Shown piece by piece: positions 12,481-23,655 of a stretch of DNA of 32,360 nt; within the stretch, counting starts at the first letter, position 1, and the number at the start of each line of letters is the position of its first letter. The notes under the pieces are model-generated. The model saw nothing but the letters and a program-made list of their open reading frames with translations, was not told the origin of the DNA and made no database searches. The position numbers and the translations under genes were made by a program. This DNA is from Octopus bimaculoides (taxonomy: Eukaryota), in the NCBI RefSeq assembly GCF_001194135.2, contig NC_068990.1:10290792-10323151 (forward strand). The letters are read 5' to 3'.

Positions 12481-12700
12481 GGAAGAGAGAGAGAGAGTGG
12501 TAGAGGGAGAAACAAAGGGAGGAAGTAGAAGAGTAGGTGAGCAACGAGAGGAAAAGAGGAAGAGAGGAAGTACGAGGGGGGAAAAGGAGATACGTAGTAG
12601 TAACAGAGGAAGAACGAGAGGGGTAAAGAGAGATACGTAGTAGTAAACAGAGGAAGAACGAGAGGGGGGAAAATTAAAGAGAAAGAGAAAGAGATAGAGT
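12481..12700. repeat. Polypurine (GA-rich) tract with an internal tandem duplication of period 43
   Basis: GAGATACGTAGTAGTAA(A)CAGAGGAAGAACGAGAGGGG occurs at 12587 and 12630. Confidence 0.85.
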
Positions 12701-12890
12701 AGCGTCGGAAAATATAAAGTTGCGAAAACTACTTACAGATTGGTGACGCTGCGTTCGGTCATGTAAACACAAATAGTAAATGAGTATATGCATATATACG
12801 TACAGGTGTGTGCATACCGACATATATGTGTGTGTGTGTGTGTGTGTATGTGTGTGTGTGTGCGTGTGTGCGTGTGTGTTTGTGTGTCTG

Positions 12891-13046
12891 TGTTTGTTTC
12901 CCGAATATCGCTTGACAACCGATGCTGGTGTGTTTACATCCCCGTGGCTTAGCGGCCCTGCAATGAATAAGTCCTGCTTCACTAAAGGCGGTTCTCCAGC
13001 ATGGCCGCAAGCAAATGACTGAAACAAGTAAGAGAATAAAAGAATA
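12891..13046 (+). mobile_element. 3' half of SINE family B (5'-truncated at a (TG)n tract)
   Basis: Ends in CTCCAGCATGGCCGCAAGCAAATGACTGAAACAAGTAAGAGAATAAAAGAATA. The AATGACTGAAACAAGTA terminus is shared with the copy ending near 23631; it is preceded by (TG)n at 12826-12890. Confidence 0.85.
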
Positions 13047-13541
13047 ACAGAATATAGACAGATACACATATAGATAGACAGACAGATTGATAGATGGATT
13101 GCTAGATATACGTTGACACCTACATACATAGAATGTGTGTGCATTATTAAAATAGTGATTTGTTGGGTGAACAGCGTCAACCGAAGCGAGAACTTACATG
13201 TTCATAATACGTTTTCGTAGATTCAAAATCAAATATCCTAATTGATGCTTTGATTTTCAGAGGAGAACAACGTTGGTTCATGTCCCACATATATATTGCA
13301 AATCGGTTTTGTCAGAGACAAATGAAAACAAGATCTAACATTTTAATGCAAAATACATTGTCAGCGTGAAGAAAAGTCACCTAACGCGCATGACTTCAAT
13401 AATCTGAAAGTCAAAACCCGACTACGATTGCGTTTCATTACTGAGTCTATTTAAGCAAACGCCATTACACGACCACTATCTCTGCAATGGGAAACGCAAC
13501 TTTTCATGCTCTAATGAAATTAAATATTGAATTTTCTTCAG

Positions 13542-13674
13542 GAATCCTCAGGATGGTGTAACTTACAATCTTGGTGATTATCACATAAGATGCCTGTATA
13601 TAGAACACAAGCACAGTAAAGGAACTGTTGGAAAAACTACAGTACAAATACTGCCATCGATCACATTGATATAG
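13542..13674 (+). CDS. Weak candidate coding exon, NPQDGVTYNLGDYHIRCLYIEHKHSKGTVGKTTVQILPSITLI*
   Basis: Acceptor ATTTTCTTCAG|G and a 43-codon open frame. The resemblance to the metallo-beta-lactamase-fold DG..x.lG...i..l...H..G segment is loose, and no partner exons were found. Confidence 0.15.
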
Positions 13675-13849
13675 ATCTTTCATTCTATAACATTGAGGTC
13701 GATACTGAATGTAGTCGCAGAAAACTGAAGTCTAGACTGTATTTCGATTAAAAATTCGCGGTGTCTATATGAAAGGAAATTAAAATTAAAATACAGTATT
13801 ACAGCGCTATGTTTCTACTTTCAAAGCATCACGAGCATTGATTACTATT

Positions 13850-14129
13850 AATGTGTGCGTGCGTGTTGTGTTAATGTGCATGTATGTGCGTGTCTGAGTA
13901 AGTGCGTGCATGCACGTAAGTAGGTGCTGGGTGTGGCATATACGTATTACGTATTGCCCCGAATAAATAGATGAATACATTCATATATATACATATATAT
14001 ATATATATATGCATATATATATATATATATATATATANNNNNNNNNNNNNNNNNNNNNNNNNNNNNNNNNNNNNNNNNNNNNNNNNNNNNNNNNNNNNNN
14101 NNNNTATATATAGAGAGAGAGAGAGAGAG

Positions 14130-14174
<45 letters not shown>

Positions 14175-14225
14175 CATACATAGATACATAGATAGATAGA
14201 TATACGGATATATAGACAGGTAGGT
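13850..14225. repeat. Compound (TG)/(TA)n/(AG)n/(AGAT)n microsatellite containing a 67-N gap (14038-14104)
   Basis: Directly visible. Confidence 0.9.
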
Positions 14226-14864
14226 AGATACATGGTTGTATATTTCTCTGCAAATGTTCTGAATCAATTCTATGAATGGCCACAATTTAATGAACAAAAC
14301 AAAATAATGTTTCCACTTCTCATGTGAACAATAAATTATCGAAAAATTGTCGAAATTTTTAATAATAAGGAATACATTAGAATCGTATAAAATTGTACAC
14401 TGACGCAGAGAGGCATACAGTCGACACATATATATGAAGCGAAGTTTACAAAGAATGGCTGAGCCGTATACATTCATGTATACACACCATCGATTATATT
14501 TGATTCGGATATTTACGGGTTTAATTCGTGGAAAAATATTGTGTGAGAGCGTTTTTGTCATATTTCATGTATAAGTATTTAATTTTCTGGATAAAAAAAA
14601 AATTATTCATTAAAATTACAAACGAGGCTGCACACACAGACACACGCGCAAAAGAAAACAATAAAAAATAATGCACACATATATAATCGTTGTAAAATTT
14701 TGAAAGTCTGGCTATCAATTTCGTCTTGTAATATATTGTAATCACTTGCCCAGCTGCTGGTCATGCATATTTAGTGAAACGTTTGTCTGACATTGGAAGT
14801 TTGAGTGTTTTTCCTCAGTATAAATACGTACGTACATACGTACTAATAGCTAATTTGAATATTT

Positions 14865-14920
14865 ATAATAAAACCTTATATATGTATATATGTATACATA
14901 GGTACACATGTATATATGTC

Positions 14921-14969
<49 letters not shown>

Positions 14970-15155
14970 GTATACGTATGTATATATGTCTGTATATGTA
15001 TGTGCGTGTATATATAAACATGTATATAGATATATGAAAGCGTGTGTATAAGGAGTAAGTATAGGTGAAATGGACAGAAAAAAAAGTACGTTTGCTACAT
15101 ATTTATGCATAAATATATGTATCTATCTATGTTTGTATATGTGGGTGTATGTGTG
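14865..15155. repeat. Degenerate (TA)n/(TATG)n microsatellite
   Basis: Directly visible. Confidence 0.9.
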
Positions 15156-15950
15156 CGAGAACTTGTATACATACATTAATGCGCTGGCAACATTTTGATA
15201 AATATTCATAGCAGCATAGACATTTAAAGAAAATAGCTTTTCACAAATATTAACGAATGTACTGCGGTACTTATATTCACTCTGCCTCATATACACTGAA
15301 AGACAAGCCTAAGCATATGAACATATACTTGTAACTTGTGTCCGTGATGTGCTAGTGTGTGTAGTAGCATGTGTGAATTTATGTATAACAATTTATATTA
15401 TTATTATATATATATATTTCACGCACACTTATATGTTTGCATAAATATACAACACCTTACACAAATGCATACTTATAAATAAAATGAACAACTGTGTGGC
15501 TAACGGAATAAATAAACGAGTGAATAATAATTTACAAATGAAGCGAGGAAAATCTGAATTTTACATTATGTAAGCTTCAGCTCTTTTCATTTATTAGATT
15601 TTATTGACTTTCTATACATCTCTTGTTCTAACCTATGTTCTTTCTTGTCTTGTATTGCACATTTCAGCTATTGTTTCTTAAGCCTTCTCAAAATTTCTAT
15701 AGTTTTATTTGTTTATTAGTTGTGTATTTATTGAGTTGAACTTATAAAGAATTTATTTCTTCCAGCAAGTACAACAGCTCGAAATCAGTCTTTTAAAATA
15801 GATCTCTCATTTCAATAAAGGTTCCGATTTCGTTCATATCCTAGATGTCGAGTCTACATGCCTCAGTGCAAAGTTTCATTTTATGTTTGTCATAATGGAT
15901 ATATCACCATTCTAAGAAATCTGTCTATGAAGTCAACCAGCTATACTAAA

Positions 15951-16148
15951 TTATTTTCTACTCTAGGCACAAGGCCCGAATTTATTTTCGAGGGCGGCCA
16001 GCCGATTAGATCGACTCCAGTATGCAACTGGTACTTATTTTATCGACCCCAAAAATATGTAAGGCAAATTCGACAGAACGTAAAGACAGACGAAATACTG
16101 CTAAGCATTTCGCCCGCCGTGCTAACGTGTCTGCCAGGTCGCCGCCTT
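15951..16148 (-). mobile_element. tRNA-derived SINE, family A, with target-site duplication and deleted B-box
   Basis: The reverse complement begins AGGCGGCGACCTGGCAGACACGTTAGCACGGCGGGCGAAATGCTTAGC and aligns to the 22961 copy, except that 19 nt are missing at 16074/16075. Flanks CCAGCTATACTAAA (15937-15950) and CCAATTATACTAAA (16149-16162) match 12/14. Confidence 0.92.
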
Positions 16149-16276
16149 CCAATTATACTAAAAATGAAAACATCAGCTTTCAATTGACACAACTCCAAAT
16201 ATTTATTGAAATGTTTGTATTTTTCTGCGTCTTATTCCTCTGTTTAGTGGATAAAATATGTCATACTGCATGATGT

Positions 16277-16340
16277 AGAAGGTAGAAGTTAAATAGTTAT
16301 GTGGAAGAAAATTAGTAATTTTTGATTTCCCGTTATTTTC
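16277..16340 (+). repeat. Dispersed ~65-bp repeat, copy 1
   Basis: Aligns with 19367-19428, including an exact 17-mer TGGAAGAAAATTAGTAA. Confidence 0.7.
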
Positions 16341-16380
16341 CCTCTACTAGTTTGAAACAAATGTGTTGCAAGTTATGCAA

Positions 16381-16443
16381 CATCGTCTTCGTCGTCATCA
16401 TCATCATCTACTACATAATCTTCATCATCATCACCATCGTCAT
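16381..16443. repeat. Degenerate (ATC/GTC)n microsatellite
   Basis: Directly visible; explains the poly-Asp in ORF 16373..16576. Confidence 0.85.
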
Positions 16444-18466
16444 TTTGGATTGTTACATCACCTTTGAGCCTAAAATTCCTCAAAGTAAATGTTGCTGTTG
16501 GGGTTGAGAGAATTACAAACATACTCATGTGGCAGGTACATTTTTTCCAGAAGTTTTTCCTCTGACACGATATCAACTTACGTTACTAATTATATATAGG
16601 GACAATCTTTATTGTTTAACAGCCAAATGTTTCAGTCCAAGTCAATTTTTTGCAGCACCAGTGTCTAGCTTGATAACTTTAATTTTCATAATATTATGTC
16701 GAACGTGACGGAAAAGGAGTAATGACGAATATACTCGAACGTGAATCACTCCCGTCAATCGTGATGAAGCTACTGTGAGCAATAAATGTTATATTTTTTT
16801 TATATTGTCGAGTTTCATTAATTTCATATCATGTAATTTTTTTTCTAAGATTGTCTTTCGTTTGCCATCGCTATTCAAATTTTTCTTCCATATCTCACTT
16901 TTCTCTTGTCTATGCATAGATATTTTTCAAAAGGAATTTTTGAGAGTTGAAGACGCGAATTTACCTTAGTTTGCCTTACGTATTTGGACCCACCTGAATT
17001 TGTTTTTGTGAGCTTAAAGAGAACGGACATAATGTTCTGAAATTATGTTCTGCTTATGTTATCGTTTTCCTAATGAATTTAAAGAAGGTTATTTGCTTAG
17101 CTGATATAGATTTTCTAAGTCAGTGTACATTTAAGTCTATATTTTTCTGAAAGGCAAGAATTACTCTTTTTGCCCACAGCACATCTATCATATGCATGTA
17201 GCATTGTGCATATGCAGAATTCATATTTCATCCAGTCTCATCCCCAATGTTCTCCAGGTCAAATATTAATACATAATAAAGTACGAACTTTTGTGTTTTT
17301 GCAGTGTAATAATATGAAGTCGGAAAACATTTGCTTCCTGTTTCGTGCATTAGCGTGATGTTCCATTACGGTGACTCATTTCAATTCCGCATCACCTAAA
17401 GTATATAGCTACGTAAAGAATTATCTTCAATTTTCATTTCTTCAACAAGGTGTTATACGTATAGTGGATAATAGAAAGGAAACCTGACCATGTTTGAAGC
17501 ATTACTTTTCAATACATTCACTACCGTGGCTGTTAGTACCAGTTGACCCCATCTTATAAGCATCAGTGCTACTCTCGTTTCGTTCTAGTACTTTTAGTCT
17601 TCTCTCAAATGTATCTTATAATAATGTTATGCATAAGGGAGAGAGAAAAAGGAGAGCATGTGTGTGTGTGAAGTAAATATTCCACTATAATGTTATATTT
17701 ATTGGCATATTTTATTCATCCAACAATGTACCAATAAGTTGAACAATGGCAGTTTTCACTTCTTTTAAACACAAAACTCACAACAAGTGTACGCAATTTA
17801 ATCGACAATGCACCTTGAAGTACGGCTAAATGGAAAAACGTTTTCGCCGTCCTTCCTGCACTTAAGAAGATTAGCCAAATCTATCACAAACCACAACTTA
17901 ATTTTGTGGAAAGTCTGGTAACAATTGGAATTGCAGAGCTAGCTATTTTGAATTTCGAATTAATCATAGACTAGGTACGATGGAACATGATTCCTCTATT
18001 TATCTATCTAATATGAATGGACAAGAAATTTAACTACAGCAACAGCAATATTTGCAACGACTAGCGACAATGTCTGTATACTTTGTTAAGCCAGTAGCTA
18101 CAACCGTTTCTTGTTTTTGCTAATTTACAGTTATCGATTGTTACGTAGTAAGCCATTGGATAAATATTGCTGCTTAAAAGAATTTGCTAAATTTATAAAT
18201 ATGTTACATTGGCAGATGAATACTAATTTGTAAAAATATATCCCTGTTGGAGTGGCTAATTTGGCGGAAGACGAAACATAGTGTATAGTTGGGTAATTGC
18301 AAGTCCTAGAGTGTAAAGTTCTATAGTTATTATATACCTACAAGATTCATCCGAATAATTGTTTCCAGGGCTGTTAACTTCCATGTGAATATGTTGTATG
18401 CTTGTTTCTGAATGAAAATTAGTTCACGAATATAGTGAAAATGTTAATAAAAAAAAATTTTAATAG

Positions 18467-18615
18467 TCGCTCGTGTGGCTGCGTGGCATCAGTGTGCTAG
18501 GCAACATAATTTTTCCGGGTTTAGTCCCAGTACCATGCACTTTGAGTCTTCTATCACACTATCGTGTCGGGTCGAACAACGTCATGTGATTTGGTCGGCG
18601 GAGCCTGAAAGAAAC
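18467..18615 (+). mobile_element. 5' half of SINE family B (tRNA-like head), running into a (TA/TG)n tract
   Basis: GTGGCTGCGTGG...TCCGGGTTTAGTCCCA (A/B-box-like)...CTGAAAGAAACC, similar to the head of the 23255 copy. Confidence 0.7.
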
Positions 18616-18750
18616 CTATATATATCTATATGTGTGTGTGCGTGCGCGCGCTGTGTTTATATGTGTGCATGTGTGTATGTATAGATGTATGTATATATGC
18701 ATTTATGCATGTATCTATGTGTGTTTATTTTTGTATACATTTAGAAAATG

Positions 18751-18782
<32 letters not shown>

Positions 18783-18892
18783 CTTACTTATCTCCCCCTC
18801 CCGTTCTGCTTCCTTCTCTCCTTCACTGCTATAAATATCTCTCTCTTACTCTTTCTCCCTGTCTCTCGTCGCTCACCTTTGTTCCACTTCCT

Positions 18893-19225
18893 CCCTGATG
18901 AATCAATATGAAAGAATAAAAAATAAACCGCTATGACGATTTAAAGTGAGAAATACGAAGGTTGTGGTCAATGAAGAGAGTAGACGTGATACCAATAGTA
19001 ATTGGTGCACTTGGAAGTATCAGCACTTATCTACCAACATGGCTGAAAAAGTCACTGTAAGTGTGAAAGTAGAACACCTACAAAAATCAGCTTTGCTTGG
19101 AAGTGCAAGAATTCTTTGCAGGGATCTTTAAGCATGACCAGTAAACACGTGTCACCTTAGTGTGCTGGCTGTCGACAGCTGACCCTTTTCATCAAACCCA
19201 GCAAAATGAGTTGTATGTTTTCATA
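18893..19225 (+). mobile_element. Decayed 3' end of an R4/Dong/Rex6-clade non-LTR retrotransposon (restriction-like endonuclease C-terminus plus 3' UTR)
   Basis: Manual translation KE*KINRYDDLK*EIRRLWSMKRVDVIPIVIGALGSISTYLPTWLKK, a frameshift near 19050, then VTVSVKVEHLQKSALLGSARILCRDL* (stop 19129-19131). This matches the K..KY..L..E..R.W / V.P.VIGALG / QKSA.LG.A.ILR..L terminus I know from R4-clade elements. Confidence 0.85.
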
Positions 19226-19295
19226 TAATAATGATAATAATTATTATATCAGCAACAACAACAACAATGATTATATTATTATTAATAATAATAAT
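19226..19295. repeat. Degenerate (TAA)n/(CAA)n tract at the 3' end of the R4-type element
   Basis: Directly visible. Confidence 0.85.
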
Positions 19296-19366
19296 GACAT
19301 GGATACCAAAACCAAAAACTGTTGAGTGTACACATGGACTTCCACTCTATGAGTGACACCGACTGC

Positions 19367-19428
19367 AGAAGATAGAAAAAATAGTTATTGGAAGAAAATT
19401 AGTAAGTTTTGATTTCTTGCTATTTTTC
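19367..19428 (+). repeat. Dispersed ~65-bp repeat, copy 2
   Basis: Aligns with 16277-16340. Confidence 0.7.
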
Positions 19429-20029
19429 GTTAGGGCTCTTTCAAGTGGTTAAGAGTTGGATGCCCTGGTAGTATATCTTTATGTATCCCATATCACAGAG
19501 AACTATCAGATAGTGGAGGAACTAAATGTTGAATTATTTTTGATTCAGAAAGAAACAGAACGTGGGTGGTTAATTGTGATATTAAGTTATACATAAAATA
19601 ACTGCAGACGGTCTTAGAGACATGGACATTAAGATGCTCTACATATGAAACTTTAACAGGCATAGCCACTCATCCGCAGTACCAGTTTTGTCGATACGTC
19701 GGTGCAGAATATAAAGCATTCGTTGATGCCCTCTTCTCCACCTAATACTCAAATTCAGAATTGGTTATTAAGAGATGTTATCGAAATGTCAGTGCTAATG
19801 CTAAGTAGGTTCCATTGCAATTTTGATGTGGATCCTTCTAAATATTTTTATCTTTGCAAATTGGTTCGAGCACATATTGTTAGCAATCAATAAATACTGA
19901 TTGGAAATTTCAAACTGTAACTCGAAGTTTGTTAAGTCCACGTACCATAAGACACATTGTATATTCAACCAATTTATTTGTGCACGAAATATTCAAGGAA
20001 AAAAGCTGATATAAATTTTATATAAATTC

Positions 20030-20030
20030 A

Positions 20031-20098
<68 letters not shown>

Positions 20099-20438
20099 TC
20101 TATCTTTCTGTGCGTATGTAATCACACACACACACACACATGCACACACACACACACANNNNNNNNNNNNNNNNNNNNNNNNNNNNNNNNNNNNNNNNNN
20201 NNNNNNNNNNNNNNNNNNNNNNNNNNNNNNNNNNNNNNNNNNNNNNNNNNNNNNNNNNNNNNNNNNNNNNNNNNNNNNNNNNNNNNNNNNNNNNNNNNNN
20301 NNNNNNNNNNNNNNNNNNNNNNNNNNNNNNNNNNNNNNNNNNNNNNNNNNNNNNNNNNNNNNNNNNNNNNNNNNNNNNNNNNNNNNNNNNNNNNNNNNNN
20401 NNNNNNNNNNNNNNNNNNNNNNNNNNNNNNNNNNNNNN

Positions 20439-20470
<32 letters not shown>

Positions 20471-20580
20471 TATATATATATATGTGTGTGTATGTATATG
20501 TGTGTGTATATGTGTGTCTGTGACTGTGTCTGTGTATGTGTCTGTGCATGTGAATGCGTGTGTGTGAACAAAAAGAGAGA
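20030..20580. repeat. Compound (CT)n-(CA)n-[280-N gap 20159-20438]-(TA)n-(TG)n microsatellite
   Basis: Directly visible. Confidence 0.92.
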
Positions 20581-21446
20581 ATGAGGCGCAGAATAGTTTT
20601 ATAATCTTAATTTTCAAAACTCTTCGTTCCTTTAGATATTTGTTTATACCATTTATGTTATGCTATCCTATGTCCTTTCATATTTTGCGACACACAGACA
20701 CACGTGCAGACACTCTCTCGCATCATGTATATATGCTTATAGATATGAACTGACTTTAATATTCGTGTTTGCTAAGGTACGCTATTCAATCAATATACGC
20801 ATTAGGATGTATATAGGCTTTCGATATATCGAATAGTCAATTTCGATACTGATCGATTTTTCTGGTAGATAATACAATCAGGCCTAAATATGATATACCT
20901 AAAATGAAAATTTCTCTAATGAAAAATAGAAACAAACTGACAAATATGAACATTTAGAAACATACAAACAATACAATTAACAGTCGATTTGAGGGAATTA
21001 CATTCAAAAACATATACATGCAATGCAGAAGCACGAAAATATGAAAAGTCATTCATAAGGGAGAAAAATTATAGACAAAAATAATAGGAAATATCAACAG
21101 TAATATCAAAGAGTAAACAAGATATATGATTACTTCATTAGCAGATCTTTATTTGTTTGTCTAATTAACTCATCGCTAATTTCAGATTCATATGTAGAAA
21201 TTTGTTTTTGTATGCGTTGAAAGTGTGAAAACACGGGGAGGTGAATGTTTGTTTATGCTATCATATATTTTGTTTGATAAGATTCTGAAATTGATGGCGG
21301 TCTTCTGAACTGCTCTGAGGTAAATGCAAAGCCATGAGCTGTTGTTTTCTTTAATCTAAGAATTTCAATTTGTATTTCAGATATTCAGTTTCAAATATGG
21401 TAATGAATATCAGGAATAATGAGGTATGAGTGCTGCCGCTTATTAT

Positions 21447-21595
21447 CACGCCGACGCCGATGCCGACGCCGCTGACGACAATGACCATAAGATGATGATA
21501 ATGATGATATCAATATTGTCGTTCATGATAATTATGATGACGATGACGATTACATCTTTGACGGCAAAGAGCGATGTGACGATGAGGAAGAAGAA
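21447..21595. repeat. Low-complexity (GAC/GAT/GCC)n trinucleotide region
   Basis: Directly visible degenerate trinucleotide array. Confidence 0.75.
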
Positions 21596-22361
21596 AATGG
21601 TATAGGCGGATTGGGTTATAATGAAGGAGGTGTACTTTGAGGATTATTACTTAGAGATTGCCACGGGATAATGACAGCGTTGCTAATGTGGAAGTTACGC
21701 GATGCCATAATGTTCGATGAGAGTCTTTATAATGAGAGTTACAATATTAAAGTTAAGCATAAGTTCCGATTATATGAAGCTCACGTCCACATAATTATAA
21801 ACGTATGACTGTTGAGCCCACAAACATCAATGGCAGCAACTAGCGTAAAACTATTGACTATCAGGGCCAGAATAGCGATCCTGAAGATGATAGATTTAAT
21901 AAAGAAGAGATGTTAATTTCAGTTTATCGCCTGTTGTGGATTCCATAGAATTATAGTCATTCAGTCTTGGTTGAACATTTGTAGTGAAATGCATTATTAC
22001 TTATCATTGCTGCTGCATTATAAATCAGTGAATACGACGTTGCATTGTAGAGTTCATTTATACCTTGGTTGGACATCATTTGAGAGGTTATACAATGAAT
22101 ACGGCTGTTTTACTTGCGAAGTCATGCAACAACAGCAGTTTTAGTTAACGTTCTTTTAATTAAAATGCTGTGTGTAATTCGTAAACCAAAGCGTTTTTGA
22201 GACGAATCACACTCGTGACCGGTCGTGATTCTTGGGTTATATTTATGTTTTCAGTAATACGACATCAATAATCCGTTCGTGTAACTAACAACTTCAGTGG
22301 AACTCAGATATGAGTGTTTTGTCCCTTTAGTAATACGTATCAAATTTTCACAATATTGATT

Positions 22362-22565
22362 TCAAATTTTGGCACAAGGCCAGCAATTTCAAGGGAAGGG
22401 ATATGTCGATTACATTGAGATCAGTACTCAAGTGGTACATATTTTATCAACCCCGAAAGGATGAAAGGCAAAGTTGACCACGGTTGAATTTGAACTCAGA
22501 TCGAGAAAAATGGAAACAAAAAACCGCTTAGCACTTCGCCCAGCCTGCTAATAGTCCTTCCTGCT
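22362..22565 (-). mobile_element. tRNA-derived SINE, family A
   Basis: The reverse complement contains TTAGCAGGCTGGGCGAAGTGCTAAGCGG, B-box CTGAGTTCAAATTC and GTCAACTTTGCCTTTCATCCTTTCGGGGTTGATAAAAT. Confidence 0.9.
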
Positions 22566-22960
22566 TGTTTTCTTTCTTTTATCAAATATTATACGTCAAA
22601 ATCTGACATTTTTGTTGTATACGCGAAGAAGCTAAAATAATAATCATGCAAATATGGCATATACTTCGATTTCACTTTTCTCACAATCCACTCATTTAGC
22701 TTATTATCAGTATATTAATTATTGTTTCTTACATGACTAATATAAGCTCTCAGTAATTCTGTTTTATTTTGCCAGGAAGTGTACATACCTATGCATCAAA
22801 TTAACTCATATATTTCAGCAAATATATAATTTATACTAAAGTAGATATTGACTATTATTGCTCTTCCTGCCACAACACATCAATGCTTTATAACATATAC
22901 GTCATATATCTCAACCTCTAGTAGTCATTACGTTTAGTTACACAATATACAATGAATCTA

Positions 22961-23173
22961 AGGCGGCGTGCTGGCAGAAATGTTAGCATGCTGGGCAAAA
23001 TGCTTAGCGGTATTTCGTCTGTATTTATGTTCTGAGCTCAAATTCCGCCGAAGTCAACTTTGCCTTTCATCCGTTCAGTGTCGATAAATTAAGTACTAGT
23101 TGCGTACTGGGGTCGATATAATCGACTGGCACCCTCCACCAAAATTTCGGGACTTTTGCCTAGAGTAGAAACG
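22961..23173 (+). mobile_element. Full-length tRNA-derived SINE, family A, with 16-bp target-site duplication
   Basis: Head AGGCGGCGTGCTGGCAGAAATGTTAGC (A-box-like), CTGAGCTCAAATTCC (B-box-like) and central GTCAACTTTGCCTTTCATCC. Flanks AATATACAATGAATCT (22944-22959) and AATATACAGCGAATCT (23174-23189) match 14/16. Confidence 0.93.
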
Positions 23174-23254
23174 AATATACAGCGAATCTCACGCTATTAC
23201 TGTTGCATTAAAGAACCTTCGAGAGTTTTCAGAACCATTCACAAACTCTGCACA

Positions 23255-23655
23255 AGCATGGCTGTGTGATCTGAAAAGTCACTTTGCAATAATGGAATTT
23301 TGGGTACAGTCCCACAGCGCAGCACGGTCTAGTGTTTACTGCGGTAATAATAGACTGACCAACGTCTAAAGTATGAATGTGTTGATCGGAAACGGTATTG
23401 AAAGAAGTCGGAATGACATGCGTGTATGTATGTTTGTTTGTTTGAGTGTGTGCGTGTGTGTGTGTGTCTATGTCCGCCACCAGTCGACGAAAGGTATTGA
23501 TTTGTTTACGCACCCAGAAACCAATTGGAAACTACCGGATTTTTAAAAGTAAGTACTATGGTCAATTTCTTCCCCTTAACCTACCAAGGTAGGAGTCTAG
23601 CATGGTTGTAGGCTAATGACTGAAACAAGTAATAAATAAATAGATAAATAAATAA
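23255..23655 (+). mobile_element. Highly diverged, apparently full-length SINE family B (head, internal TG microsatellite, tail)
   Basis: Head GCATGGCTGTGTG...GGGTACAGTCCCAC...TGAAAGAAGTCG, internal (TG)n near 23420-23468, and tail CTAGCATGG...AATGACTGAAACAAGTA plus (AAAT)n. It joins the two half-copies seen at 18467 and 12891. Confidence 0.75.

Noticed and set aside
19601-19744. Frame LQTVLETWTLRC...GIATHPQYQFCRYVGAEYKAFVDALFST* with an acceptor-like TTTAACAG and a downstream AATAAA
   Set aside because: It could be a terminal exon or an RTE-like ETWTL remnant, but neither reading has supporting motifs or partner exons.
20820-20833. 14-bp palindrome TTCGATATATCGAA and scattered ATCGAT/DRE-like sites
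   Set aside because: Too short and too AT-rich to distinguish from chance without promoter evidence.
22961-23050. tRNA-like A and B boxes as a tRNA gene
   Set aside because: No cloverleaf can be formed; they are the head of a SINE with a body, tail and TSD.
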